Below are positions 1 to 9,763 of a stretch of DNA of 64,000 nt, piece by piece. The stretch lies in NCBI GenBank assembly GCA_963663035.1, contig OY760074.1, positions 3,040,001 through 3,104,000 of the forward strand, given 5' to 3'. This DNA comes from Acidobacteriota bacterium. GTDB lineage: Bacteria > Acidobacteriota > UBA6911 > RPQK01 > JADFOI01. Under the pieces are notes generated by a model. The model worked only from the letters and a program-made list of their open reading frames with translations, had not been told where the DNA came from and made no database searches. The translations under genes and the position numbers were made by a program. Position 1 is the first letter of the stretch, and each line of letters starts with the position of its first letter.

Positions 1-422
1 ATCTCGGCAAAGCTCGGACTCTGGACCCACTCAAAAAAACGGTCAACTGCCCTGGGAACGAGTTCAGGTGCCACCGGTTCGTGGGTGGACGTAACTGGCT
101 GGCTGGGAGTCTGTCGGTAGGGATCTCCTGGATCCGAAGCCACAAAGCTGTGAAGATGAAGTAAATCGCTTGAATCCAGCTCTTCAAGAGCTTTGTCGAG
201 CCCAAGCAGGGCCGAGAACATTGCTGTTGCCTGGGAGCGGGGAACCTCAGCCTCACCCAACTGAGGAACTTGTTGGGACACCTTACCCAGTTCGTATTCT
301 AAAAGCTGTGGTGCAAGCTCCTTGTGAATGAGGGACCGCAGATCGGCGGCCTGTTTGTCCAACAGCTGTCTTTGCTGGCTGAGTGATGCAAATTGCTGGG
401 CTAACGTGAGGGGAAAGTGCAC
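1..422 (-). CDS. Fic/DOC-family protein, N-terminal part (runs off window edge)
   Basis: Not in the ORF track. My translation from GTG at 422 (GAGGAG upstream) is open to the edge: MHFPLTLAQQ...DLLHLHSFVASDPGDPYRQTP...HEPVAPELVPRAVDRFFEWVQSPSFAE. This resembles the Fic pattern (L..LH..G.YR..H.P.P..VP..W) that precedes the HPF motif; the catalytic motif itself is outside the window. Confidence 0.6.
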   Translation of the reverse strand, partial: MHFPLTLAQQFASLSQQRQLLDKQAADLRSLIHKELAPQLLEYELGKVSQQVPQLGEAEVPRSQATAMFSALLGLDKALEELDSSDLLHLHSFVASDPGDPYRQTPSQPVTSTHEPVAPELVPRAVDRFFEWVQSPSFAE

Positions 423-433
423 CCAGCTACTCC

Positions 434-1912
434 TCAGCTGGAAACCATTTCCACCAGGGTTCGAACTCCGAAACCGGTGGAGCCTTTGAGCTCTGAGCTT
501 TCCTTGAACAAGTCGACCCCCGCCATATCGATGTGACACCAGGGGACGTCTTCCACAAATTCCTCCAGGAACTTGGCTGCTATTATGGCGCCTCCCCAGC
601 GACCTCCAACATTCTTGATATCGGCAATTTGACTCTTGATTGCCCTTCGATATTCCTCATCCATCGGCAACCGCCAGAACTTCTCCCCGGAGCGCTCCGA
701 GGCCTGGAAAAGCTTTTCACAAAGCTCGTCATTATTACTGAACAAGCCAGCTCGAAGCTGTCCCAGAGCAATGACAATAGCACCCGTAAGGGTTGCAATA
801 TCGACCATGTATTGCGGCTGAAGCTGCCGACCATAGCAGAGAGCATCGGCCAGGATGAGACGGCCTTCCGCGTCGGTGTTGAGGACCTCAATGGTCTTTC
901 CACTCATGGAGCGGACGACGTCTCCCGGACGCTGTGCTCGCCCACTGGGAAGGTTTTCGACAGCCGGGATGATCCCGACAATATTTTTCTTAACCTGGAG
1001 CTGAGCAATGGCTTGCATGGCGGCCAGCACTGCACAGGCCCCAGATTTATCATACTTCATCTGCTCCATCGATTTGGCGCCTTTCAGAGAGAGGCCGCCG
1101 CTGTCAAAAGTGACCCCCTTCCCCACCAGGACAATGGGCTTTTCCTTACCCTCCGCTGCTCCGGAGTGTCGAAGCACGATAAATCGGGCAGGTTCATCAC
1201 TTCCTCGGGCCACTGCAAGGATGGCCCCCATTTGCTTCTCCTCCATTTCGGGCTCACCCAGCACTTCGATCTCCAAACCGTACTTTTCGGCGATCTCAGT
1301 GGCTGTCTGGGCAAGGACAGAGGGATTGACCCGGTTACCGGGTTCGTTTGCCAGTCGCCTGGCTAAATTCGTGGCTTGGGCCACAATCTCACCACGCTTC
1401 ATTGCCTCTTCAACTTTAGCCAGCCCCTGATCCAGCTCAGTAACAAAGAGGATTTCCTCGATGAAGTTCTTCGCCTTGTCCTCGGTCTTATAGTCATCGC
1501 CAGCATAGGTAGCCATAACCAATCCTTCCACCACAGCCTGAGCGGCCAGGGCAGGTTCAACCTGGCTCCGGTGGTAGACGGCGACCTTCTTTAACTTGTA
1601 GCTCTTCACCGTACGCACGGCCTGCATGATGAGGGTTCGAATAGCTTGAGCATCGTAGCTCTTTCCTTTTCCCGCTCCCAACAGGATGAGTCGGCCGGTG
1701 GGGAGTTGACTCGGCCGGTAGATGACCGAAATTTGGCCGGCTTTCGACGTCCACTCTTCAGTGCTCTTGAGCTCACTGAGTAGGCCGCCCAGTTTTTCAT
1801 CCAGTGCGCTGGTGAACTCCTCTCCAGTTTTCTGTTCGTCCTCAAAGAGGGGAACGATGAGTGCGTCACACTCGATAGAATCCCACGTCCCTTTAGCGAG
1901 TCGGATCTTCAT
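434..1912 (-). CDS. pepA: Leucyl aminopeptidase (M17)
   Basis: GKGVTFDSGG, MKYDKSG and NTDAEGRL metal-binding motifs; 492 aa. Confidence 0.95.
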   Translation of the reverse strand: MKIRLAKGTWDSIECDALIVPLFEDEQKTGEEFTSALDEKLGGLLSELKSTEEWTSKAGQISVIYRPSQLPTGRLILLGAGKGKSYDAQAIRTLIMQAVRTVKSYKLKKVAVYHRSQVEPALAAQAVVEGLVMATYAGDDYKTEDKAKNFIEEILFVTELDQGLAKVEEAMKRGEIVAQATNLARRLANEPGNRVNPSVLAQTATEIAEKYGLEIEVLGEPEMEEKQMGAILAVARGSDEPARFIVLRHSGAAEGKEKPIVLVGKGVTFDSGGLSLKGAKSMEQMKYDKSGACAVLAAMQAIAQLQVKKNIVGIIPAVENLPSGRAQRPGDVVRSMSGKTIEVLNTDAEGRLILADALCYGRQLQPQYMVDIATLTGAIVIALGQLRAGLFSNNDELCEKLFQASERSGEKFWRLPMDEEYRRAIKSQIADIKNVGGRWGGAIIAAKFLEEFVEDVPWCHIDMAGVDLFKESSELKGSTGFGVRTLVEMVSS

Positions 1913-2364
1913 TTTTTTCTCCGTTTTAGTTCAATCTCTACTTCCCGTTTAATGGTTCTTTGTCGTTCCTTCTCCCTTTTATCGTGAATCTGCTTTCCTC
2001 TCACCAAGGCAATCTCCACCTTGACCTTTCCATCTTTAAAATAGAGAGAGAGGGGAACCAGTGTCAATCCACGTCTCTCAGTCTTGCCGATAAGCTTATT
2101 AATCTCTCGGCGATGCAGGAGGAGCTTTCTGGAACGCAATGGTTCGTGAGTGGAGACGCTGCCATGAGAATAGGGTCCGATGTGGCAGTTTTCGAGCCAC
2201 GCTTCCCCCTTTTTGATTCTGGCATAGCTTTCTCTCAGACTGACTTTGCGCTCACGGAGTGCTTTCACTTCGCTTCCGTGTAAGACAATTCCCGCCTCGA
2301 AACGATCCAGAATATCATACTCGTGAAAGGCCTTCTTATTCTTACCCACCAACTGTTCGGACAT
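1909..2364 (-). CDS. smpB: SsrA-binding protein
   Basis: NKKAFHEY, EAGIVLHGSEVK, RKLLLHRREI, DKRE motifs. Confidence 0.97.
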   Translation of the reverse strand: MSEQLVGKNKKAFHEYDILDRFEAGIVLHGSEVKALRERKVSLRESYARIKKGEAWLENCHIGPYSHGSVSTHEPLRSRKLLLHRREINKLIGKTERRGLTLVPLSLYFKDGKVKVEIALVRGKQIHDKREKERQRTIKREVEIELKRRKK

Positions 2365-2367
2365 GGC

Positions 2368-3210
2368 TTAGTCCTTCGGCATCCCATTGAGAAACGCAGC
2401 CAGGGCTCTCTGCCAGGATCGGAGCAAGGGGATCCCTTCGAGTTCCAAGCAATAGTTCTCGAGCACGGAATAGGCGGGACGCCGAGTCTGAGTCAAGTCC
2501 CTTGAACTCTCGATGGGATTGACTTCGAGGCTACACCCACTGAGAGAGACAATCTCAAAAGCCAACTCATGCCAGGAGCAGTTTCCTGAGTTCGTGACAT
2601 GAAAAGTGCCCATCTTTCCTCCTTCAACCAGACAGAGCGTCATATAGGCCAGATCAGTGCTGAAGGTGGGACTGCCTTGCTGATCAACCACCACATCCAG
2701 GCGCTCTTTCCTCTGAGCAAGGCTCAAAATCTTCTGGACGAAATGAGATCCTCCTGCTCCAAACAGCCAGCTTGTGCGAATGATCAAGTGCACAGGGCAA
2801 TGTGAGCGGACAAAACTTTCACCAGCCAGTTTTGATCGCCCATATTCGTTAACTGGGTTGACCGAATCCCACTCCCGGTAGGGCCGACCCTGTGTGCCAT
2901 CAAAGACGTAGTCGGAGCTGTAGTACACCACGCCACTTCCGTTTTCAAAGGCTGCCACAGCCATATTTCGTGCTCCCAGGGCGTTGACCCGATAGGCCTC
3001 CAAGGGCTTGACCTCGGCTTTATCGACGTTCGTAAAGGCAGCAGTGTGGAGAATCCAATCCGGTTTTAAATCGGAAACAAGATGGCGCACAGCCTCCAGT
3101 GAGGTAACGTCGGGTTTGCGGGAAGAGAGAGGGTAAAGGGTATGCTTGGCAAAGGTTTTACACAGCGCCTGCCCCAGCATTCCTTGAGCGCCTGTAATAG
3201 CAATTTTCAT
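2368..3210 (-). CDS. rfbD: dTDP-4-dehydrorhamnose reductase
   Basis: Start moved to ATG 3210 (MKIAITGAQGMLG); SSDYVFDG, YGRSK, DQQGSPT. Confidence 0.93.
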   Translation of the reverse strand: MKIAITGAQGMLGQALCKTFAKHTLYPLSSRKPDVTSLEAVRHLVSDLKPDWILHTAAFTNVDKAEVKPLEAYRVNALGARNMAVAAFENGSGVVYYSSDYVFDGTQGRPYREWDSVNPVNEYGRSKLAGESFVRSHCPVHLIIRTSWLFGAGGSHFVQKILSLAQRKERLDVVVDQQGSPTFSTDLAYMTLCLVEGGKMGTFHVTNSGNCSWHELAFEIVSLSGCSLEVNPIESSRDLTQTRRPAYSVLENYCLELEGIPLLRSWQRALAAFLNGMPKD

Positions 3211-3262
3211 GTCCTCAGCACGAACTCGGCACCTGAGGTGCCTTGGCACAAGTGCCTCTCCC

Positions 3263-4291
3263 TCACAAGTCCTTCAAAGTCTGATCCCGGTTTTCATACG
3301 TCTTCTCGTAATAATCCTGATAACTACCGTTGCGCACATGGCTGACCCACTGAGAGTTCTCCTGATACCAGCGCACGGTCTGGGCAAGACCTTCTGAGAG
3401 GGGGATCTGGGGCTTCCAACTCAGTTCCCGTCTCAGACGTGTCGCGTCAATCGCGTATCGGCGGTCATGACCAGGACGATCCTTGACGAACTGGATGAGC
3501 TCAGGAGACTTTTCTAATAGGGCAAGAATCTGCTGTACCATGTCCAGGTTCTGTCTCTCCTGATCACTTCCAATGTTATAGACTCGGCCGGGACGGCCTT
3601 CCATCAGCACACAGTGAAGCGCCCTGCAATGATCCCTGACATGAATCCAGTCGCGCCTGTGCAGTCCGTCTCCGTAAACTGGGAGGGGTTTGTTCTCCAG
3701 CGCATTGAGAATCATCAGGGGAAGCAATTTCTCCGGAAATTGATAGGGACCATAATTGTTGCTACAGCGGGTCACCAGCACATCCATTCCATAGGTTTTA
3801 TGATAGGAGCGAATCAGGAGATCTGCGGCAGCTTTACTAGCGGCATAGGGGCTGTTGGGAGCAAGAGGGCTTTCCTCGGTGAATTTCCCCGTCTCTCCCA
3901 GGGACCCATACACTTCGTCAGTGGAGACTTGGATGAATCTTGTGACTTTCTTTCTGCGACAGACCTCGAGTAAGAGGTGAGTTCCCTCGATGTTCGTTCG
4001 CACAAAAACGGTGGAGTCCAGAATGCTGCGATCCACATGGGTTTCTGCGGCGAAGTTAATGACAGCATCGACTCCCTGGCTGATACCTCTCTCAACATCC
4101 CGGACGGAAGTGATATCCCCACGCATGAAAGTGTAGCGAGGATGAGAGGACAGTTGGGAAAGGTTTGCCAGGTTTCCGGAATAGCTTAGGCAATCGAAGT
4201 TCAGAATTTGAACGTCCTTCTGCTCCTCCAGCATGTGGTGGATGAAGTTTGAGCCAATGAACCCTGCGCCACCAGTCACTAACAGTTTCAC
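3263..4291 (-). CDS. rfbB: dTDP-glucose 4,6-dehydratase
   Basis: TGGAGFIGSNF, AAETHVDRSI, STDEVYG, YAASK, DRPGHDRRY. Confidence 0.97.
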   Translation of the reverse strand: MKLLVTGGAGFIGSNFIHHMLEEQKDVQILNFDCLSYSGNLANLSQLSSHPRYTFMRGDITSVRDVERGISQGVDAVINFAAETHVDRSILDSTVFVRTNIEGTHLLLEVCRRKKVTRFIQVSTDEVYGSLGETGKFTEESPLAPNSPYAASKAAADLLIRSYHKTYGMDVLVTRCSNNYGPYQFPEKLLPLMILNALENKPLPVYGDGLHRRDWIHVRDHCRALHCVLMEGRPGRVYNIGSDQERQNLDMVQQILALLEKSPELIQFVKDRPGHDRRYAIDATRLRRELSWKPQIPLSEGLAQTVRWYQENSQWVSHVRNGSYQDYYEKTYENRDQTLKDL

Positions 4292-4314
4292 AGTAAATTC
4301 TTATAACTCCGTTT

Positions 4315-5073
4315 TCATGATTTCCGGGCAAGTCTTTTGGTAGTGTGCCCGCTCTTTTCTTTCCTCTGTGCGACCAACTTGTTTGCTAGCTGAAGAGACT
4401 CGAAGGTGCCGGCGTCGGTCCACCAACCCTCCAGGATGTCGTAGGTCAAAGCTCCCCACTCGATATATCGATTGTTGACATCCGTAATTTCCAGTTCGCC
4501 TCGCTGGGAAGGTTCAAGAGTGTTAATGATATCGAACACTCGGGAATCATACATGTAAATCCCCGTCACGGCGTATTTGGAAGGTGCCACTTCCGGCTTC
4601 TCGCAGATCTTTACCACTTTGTCGCCTTCCAGCACAGGTACTCCAAAGCGCTCACATTCAGGAACCTCTTTCAAAAGAATCTTGGCCCCTTCGGCCTGTT
4701 TTTTGAATTTCTCCACATAGGTGCGAATCGAATCCTCAATGATGTTGTCTCCCAGGTACACACACAGAAGATCCTCCCCCGCGAAATGCTTGGCCAGTGA
4801 AAGCGCATCTGCAATTCCACCCTCTCCCTCCTGGTAGGCAAAGTGCAGATGATGAAGACCGAATTCCCGACCATTCCCCAGTAAACGGAGAAAATCGCCG
4901 GCATTGTTTCCCCCCGTTACGACCATGATGTCGGTGATACCGGCATCGACCAACACTTCCAGAGGATAAAAGATCATGGGTTTGTCATAGACAGGCAAGA
5001 GGTGCTTGTTTGTCACCTTGGTCAAAGGTCGAAGCCGCGTACCCAATCCTCCTGCCAAAATGATTCCCTTCAT
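4315..5073 (-). CDS. rfbA: Glucose-1-phosphate thymidylyltransferase (short RmlA/SpsI type)
   Basis: GIILAGGLGTRL, KHLLPVYDKPMI, RGELEITD, WTDAGT. Confidence 0.88.
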   Translation of the reverse strand: MKGIILAGGLGTRLRPLTKVTNKHLLPVYDKPMIFYPLEVLVDAGITDIMVVTGGNNAGDFLRLLGNGREFGLHHLHFAYQEGEGGIADALSLAKHFAGEDLLCVYLGDNIIEDSIRTYVEKFKKQAEGAKILLKEVPECERFGVPVLEGDKVVKICEKPEVAPSKYAVTGIYMYDSRVFDIINTLEPSQRGELEITDVNNRYIEWGALTYDILEGWWTDAGTFESLQLANKLVAQRKEKSGHTTKRLARKS

Positions 5074-5096
5074 GGTCTCTCCAAAAACGCGTTATG

Positions 5097-6191
5097 TTAT
5101 CTGATCCCAGCAGATGCCCGCAAATGACTATACAGATTCTCCGTCTCCTGGAGCTTCCGCTCTAAAGTAAAATTTTCTTCAATCCGTTGCCGTCCAGCCT
5201 GTCCCATCCTTTGGCGGAGCTGGCCAGACCCAAGGAGTTTGCACAAGGCCTCGGCCAGCTGATCCGGATCGTTTGGAGGAACGACAATGCCGGTTTCGCC
5301 GTCGATGACCAGCTCGGGAATTCCCCCCACCTGAGTCGCTATGACGGGTAGCCGGCTGGCCATGGCGACTAGAATTGCTGAGCTCAGCCCTTCCGAGAGA
5401 GAGGGAAGACAAAAAATATCAAACCTCTTCATCAAGGCCTCGCTGTCAGAACGGAAGCCGGTAAGAAGAACATGATTCTGAATGCCCAATTCCTGAATCA
5501 TTTCAGCTAACTCGGACATCAGTTCGCCCCTTCCCACCAAGACGAAGTGAACATCCGAGACCTTGGACATGATCCTGGCAGCAACCTCCAGAAGAATACG
5601 ATGTCCCTTTTCAGGGCTCAAATGGGCCACCGTGCCGACCAGCAAACGATGGCTGACTTCGGCAAGGGGTTCTGGTTGTTGAGAGTCGAGCCAAGCCAGA
5701 TCAACCCCTTCGTAAATCACATGGATCAGATCGGGGCGGATACCCCCATCAATCAGGGTTTGGCAGATGCTGATGGAGACAGTCACGACACATTCCTGCA
5801 TCCAATTGTATTTCAGGTGGCTCAGCGGCGACTTGAGAGGAAAGTTGACGCGCCTTGAACAAACTCGAAGGGGTACTCCGCAGAGCCTTGAAGCCAGTCC
5901 CCCGGCAAGAAGAGCTCGAGGGCCATTGAGGTGAATGATGTCAAAATCTCTCTTTCGTAGGATGTTCCACAGCTGAAACAGGGCCCAAGGACTCAGTTCG
6001 CTTCGCTGTTCAAAGGGAAAGGTTTCAATCCCCCCATCTCGGGCTTTACTGCTCAAGAGGGAGCCCGACGGCGCCGCCAGCGAGACTTGATGTTGACGTT
6101 GTTTGATTCCCACCATCAGGGTAAGGAGCTGTTCCTGACCGCCACGCCATTCCCTGTCGGTGTCCACGTAAAGGATTTTTAGACTATTCAT
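5097..6191 (-). CDS. Glycosyltransferase family 4
   Basis: WRGGQEQ N-terminus; KGH and EGLSSAILVAMA...VGGIPE GT-B motifs. Confidence 0.9.
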   Translation of the reverse strand: MNSLKILYVDTDREWRGGQEQLLTLMVGIKQRQHQVSLAAPSGSLLSSKARDGGIETFPFEQRSELSPWALFQLWNILRKRDFDIIHLNGPRALLAGGLASRLCGVPLRVCSRRVNFPLKSPLSHLKYNWMQECVVTVSISICQTLIDGGIRPDLIHVIYEGVDLAWLDSQQPEPLAEVSHRLLVGTVAHLSPEKGHRILLEVAARIMSKVSDVHFVLVGRGELMSELAEMIQELGIQNHVLLTGFRSDSEALMKRFDIFCLPSLSEGLSSAILVAMASRLPVIATQVGGIPELVIDGETGIVVPPNDPDQLAEALCKLLGSGQLRQRMGQAGRQRIEENFTLERKLQETENLYSHLRASAGIR

Positions 6192-6969
6192 CCTTGAGGT
6201 GAATCGGCATCTCCCTCGCTGTTCCCGCCTGGATTTCCCACAGTTTCAGGTACTTGAAAAGACTTGACACTGCAGCCAGAAAGGACACCGCCAAACCGGG
6301 TTTTCCGTCAAGAAACCCCAGCCGCAAGAGGTAGTTTTTCAAAAATATGGCAGGTGGATAGAAGATGAAGTGAGCCCACTGAGCTCTTTTGCCACTGTCA
6401 AAATGATCCCTGGCTGCCAAAGAGGAGAAAACCTCCAGTTGTTCCAGGTACTCGGAGAAGGATGCATACGTGTGGTGATAGAGTTGTCCCTTCAGTCTTG
6501 CGGTTGGACCGGTTACCTGCAAGGATTCGTGGACTCGTCCTCCCTGCCATCGGCCACAGGCTTTCTTGAACAAGCGCAATTGCCAGTCCGGATACCAGGT
6601 GGTGTGTTCAATCCAGCGCCCCATAAAAAATGTCTTTCGAGGAACATAATAACCGTTGCAGTTAATTTCCTGCTCCTTCCAATGGAGAATTTCTTCCGCA
6701 AGTTGGGGACTGAGCACTTCGTCTGCATCCAGAGAGAGTACCCACTCATAGCTGGCCTGGTCGGTGGCGAATTGTTTCTGATCCCGGTACCCCTCCCAGG
6801 ATTTCGGCAGAACACGCTCCGTGAAACGGCGGCAGACTTCCACTGTAGCATCTGTGCTGTGCGAGTCCACCACCACAATTTCATCACTGACTCCTTGTAG
6901 GCTGGCCAAAGCACGTTGAATCTTGACCTCTTCATTGTAGGTAATGAGCACCGCAGAGATTCTCTTCAC
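6184..6969 (-). CDS. Glycosyltransferase family 2 (WaaE/KdtX-like beta-1,4-glucosyltransferase)
   Basis: ITYNEE, VVDSHSTD, LSLDADE, YPDWQLRLF, VHE, GFLDG. Confidence 0.88.
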   Translation of the reverse strand: MKRISAVLITYNEEVKIQRALASLQGVSDEIVVVDSHSTDATVEVCRRFTERVLPKSWEGYRDQKQFATDQASYEWVLSLDADEVLSPQLAEEILHWKEQEINCNGYYVPRKTFFMGRWIEHTTWYPDWQLRLFKKACGRWQGGRVHESLQVTGPTARLKGQLYHHTYASFSEYLEQLEVFSSLAARDHFDSGKRAQWAHFIFYPPAIFLKNYLLRLGFLDGKPGLAVSFLAAVSSLFKYLKLWEIQAGTAREMPIHLKDE

Positions 6970-8021
6970 ACCTCAACTTCCTTGTATTCTGGGTGTTTTT
7001 GGATAACTTCCTGCTGAGTGTAGTAGACCTGAATGGGTGCGGATTGGTAAAAACGGTTGAGTAAAAGGGAAACCTCGGTGTCCGTTCTTCGAGCTTTCTC
7101 CTTTTCCAACTGTCTGAGTCTTCTCACTTGCGGAAGTTGACGCAGGGCTTGGAGCAAAGAGCCGTAAAAGTGATAATCAAGTGCACATATCCGGGTCAGA
7201 AACAGCAGAAGCAACATGATCAGGTGACGGAAGAAATAGGTCGGGGAGTGCAGATTGATCCAATGGAAAAGTAGCCTGTTGCGAAAGGATTTCGCCTCCA
7301 CAAAGTGCTTACTAAAGTGGACATTAATGGTGGCACTGGTTCGGTGATGGGCAATACTGCGAGGTTCATAGTGAACTTCCCAACCCCTTTTCCATCCCCG
7401 GTAGGAGAGATCCACATCCTCCCAGTGGAAGGGGGAAAGGAGTTCATTGAAACCACCGACCGCCTCCAACTTTTCCCTACTGTAGGTGGAAAATCCGCCA
7501 ATCGCATAGGCTGACAAGAGTTTTCGCTCCTCGATCCACTCTGTGGCCGAGGGAGGAGAAACATCGTAGTTGAAATAGACGCTCCAGAACCCTCTGCGAA
7601 ATCGACCAAATCTGCCACCAGTGGCTAAGATCGGTTGATTCCATTCGAACACCTTCGCCGTCACAGCGAACACATTTGGATCTTGGAAGTGTAGCGTCTG
7701 ATAAACAAAATAATCTTCCTCCACCCGGACATCATTGTTCAGCAAGGCTATCACAGGGAAATGAGAGCTTTGGAACCCCACATTACAAGTGATGGCAAAG
7801 CCCTCGTTGCGCGGGCGTTTGATCAAGAACACCTCGGGAAATTCCGCGGGAATGGCCTGTGCGGTGTCGTCTCGACCACCGTCTTCAACCACGATGATTT
7901 CGGTCAAGCCACCTGTTTGACGGTGGTGGGCTCTGGCAGCTGCCTGGACGGAAGGCAGATTCTCGCGCAGCAGATGCAGACCGTTACAGGTGGGAATGAC
8001 GATGCTCAGATCGAAACTCAT
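6966..8021 (-). CDS. Glycosyltransferase family 2
   Basis: IVIPTCNG, VEDGGRD, LLNNDV, WEDVDLSYR. Confidence 0.88.
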   Translation of the reverse strand: MSFDLSIVIPTCNGLHLLRENLPSVQAAARAHHRQTGGLTEIIVVEDGGRDDTAQAIPAEFPEVFLIKRPRNEGFAITCNVGFQSSHFPVIALLNNDVRVEEDYFVYQTLHFQDPNVFAVTAKVFEWNQPILATGGRFGRFRRGFWSVYFNYDVSPPSATEWIEERKLLSAYAIGGFSTYSREKLEAVGGFNELLSPFHWEDVDLSYRGWKRGWEVHYEPRSIAHHRTSATINVHFSKHFVEAKSFRNRLLFHWINLHSPTYFFRHLIMLLLLFLTRICALDYHFYGSLLQALRQLPQVRRLRQLEKEKARRTDTEVSLLLNRFYQSAPIQVYYTQQEVIQKHPEYKEVEV

Positions 8022-9566
8022 TTAGTCCACAACCAAGAGAGAGTTCCCAGTCATTTCGGGAGGCTTATCGATTTCCAGGTACTGGAGAATGGTGGGAGCG
8101 ATATCCTCCAATGCGCCGCCCCGGCGCAAGCTCAGCCCAAAGTGATCATCGACCAAAATGAAGGGCACAGGGTTGGTCGTATGTGCCGTGTGAACCTGAC
8201 CTGTTTCGGGATCAATCATTTGCTCGGCATTTCCATGATCGGCCGTCACCATCATCACTCCACCGATCTTCTGCAGCTTTTGAGAAATGCGTCCCGTGCA
8301 GGTGTCCACCACCTCCACCGCCTTCACTGTTGCCTCCAGCACTCCCGTGTGTCCCACCATATCAGCATTGGCGAAGTTTAGGATCACTACCTGGTAGGAG
8401 GCCAAATCGATTTCGTGCAAGAGCTGGTCGGTGATCTCAAAGGCACTCATCTCCGGTTTTAAATCATAGGTCGCCACCTTGGGCGAGGGAATCAGAGAAC
8501 GCTTTTCTCCTGGGCTGCACTCCTCTTCGCCACCGTTGAAAAAATAGCTGACATGAGCATATTTTTCCGTTTCTGCCAGTCGCAGGTTGCGGATGTTGTG
8601 CTCAGTGAAGAGCTTGACCAGAAGTCGCTTCAGTCGAATCGGAGGAAAAGCAAAGGGCCAGGAAAAAGTGTGATCGTACTCGGTCATGGTTAAAAAGTGT
8701 CGAACGGGATTCCGGGATCGTGGGAAGTGTTCAAACTCTGGCAGGACCAGGGCCCGTGTCAGCTGGCGGGCTCGATCCGCCCGGAAGTTAAAAAAGATCA
8801 CCGCATGCTCTTCCTCCAGCAGACCTAGCGCCTTGCCCTCTTCATCAACCAGGGTGAAGGGAACAATAAACTCATCGGTCACGTTCTCTGCATAGGAGGA
8901 ACGAATTCCTTCCAGCGGATCTAAGAACCCTTTCTCTGTGGTCCCTTCGACGATGGCGCGATAGGCCAGCTCCGTACGCTGCCATCGATTATCGCGATCC
9001 ATGGAGTAGTATCGCCCGCTGACGGATGCGATCCGACCCACTCCAATGCTCTTGAGTTCTTCCTGCAATTGCTTGAGATAGAGCACACCTCCCTTTGGAG
9101 AAGTGTCCCGTCCGTCGCTGAAAGCGTGAATATAGACTTCCTCGACTCCCTCTTGCTTGGCAAAACGCAACAGCGCCAGAAGATGGCGCAGTTGACTGTG
9201 TACTCCCCCATCTGAAACCAATCCGATCAAGTGGAGTGCGTTGCCTCGAGCCGCCTCCAAGAATCGACGAATTTCCTGAACTTCGAAAAAATCTCCGCAT
9301 TCGATGGAATCATCAATGCGAGTGATATCCTGATACACCGTCCGGCCGGCACCGATGTTCAGGTGACCCACTTCACTGTTCCCCATCTGGCCTTGGGGTA
9401 AACCGACTCTTGTTCCACTGGCCTCCAGGGACACCCAGGGATAGCGAGAATAAAGCTCTTCAAAGGTGGGCAGCTGAGCTTGAGCCATGGCATTTCCCTC
9501 TTTAAGGTCGCTCAAACCCCACCCGTCGAGCACCGCCAGTACCAGCACAGGCGGTTTAGCCCGCAC
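8022..9566 (-). CDS. gpmI: 2,3-bisphosphoglycerate-independent phosphoglycerate mutase
   Basis: LDGWG, GQMGNSEVGH, SDGGVHS, AETEKYAHV, DMVGHTG, TADHGNAE. The GTG start lies inside repeat copy A. Confidence 0.96.
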   Translation of the reverse strand: MRAKPPVLVLAVLDGWGLSDLKEGNAMAQAQLPTFEELYSRYPWVSLEASGTRVGLPQGQMGNSEVGHLNIGAGRTVYQDITRIDDSIECGDFFEVQEIRRFLEAARGNALHLIGLVSDGGVHSQLRHLLALLRFAKQEGVEEVYIHAFSDGRDTSPKGGVLYLKQLQEELKSIGVGRIASVSGRYYSMDRDNRWQRTELAYRAIVEGTTEKGFLDPLEGIRSSYAENVTDEFIVPFTLVDEEGKALGLLEEEHAVIFFNFRADRARQLTRALVLPEFEHFPRSRNPVRHFLTMTEYDHTFSWPFAFPPIRLKRLLVKLFTEHNIRNLRLAETEKYAHVSYFFNGGEEECSPGEKRSLIPSPKVATYDLKPEMSAFEITDQLLHEIDLASYQVVILNFANADMVGHTGVLEATVKAVEVVDTCTGRISQKLQKIGGVMMVTADHGNAEQMIDPETGQVHTAHTTNPVPFILVDDHFGLSLRRGGALEDIAPTILQYLEIDKPPEMTGNSLLVVD

Positions 9567-9763
9567 TTCTCACACCCCCTCTACTGCATCGGCGCAATGA
9601 TCCGCCCTGACTGCGTTGCACGACCCGCAAGCGGGTACTCCTCGCCTCCTCAACGTACTCAAGAGTACGTTTGCGGGGGCCGACCCGTGGCGGGTACCCC
9701 TCGCGCGCCTTGTCAGGCCGGCCCTTCCGCCGCTTCGCGACGACCTGGCGTGAGAAATGCGGG
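9560..9763. mobile_element. MITE/REPIN-like element copy A (end type 1)
   Basis: Terminal inverted repeats CCCGCACTTCTCAC...GTGAGAAATGCGGG, flanked by TTAG/CTAG; internal blocks shared with four other copies; opposite orientation to copies C and E. Confidence 0.8.

Noticed and set aside
533-1366. Long antisense ORFs (also 14768-15415, 15357-16082, 32191-32961, 38454-39107, 42646-43494, 50680-51507, 58319-58963)
   Set aside because: These shadow well-supported genes on the opposite strand and show no family motifs.
1909-2364. tmRNA gene near smpB
   Set aside because: There is no intergenic space and no tRNA-like ends nearby.
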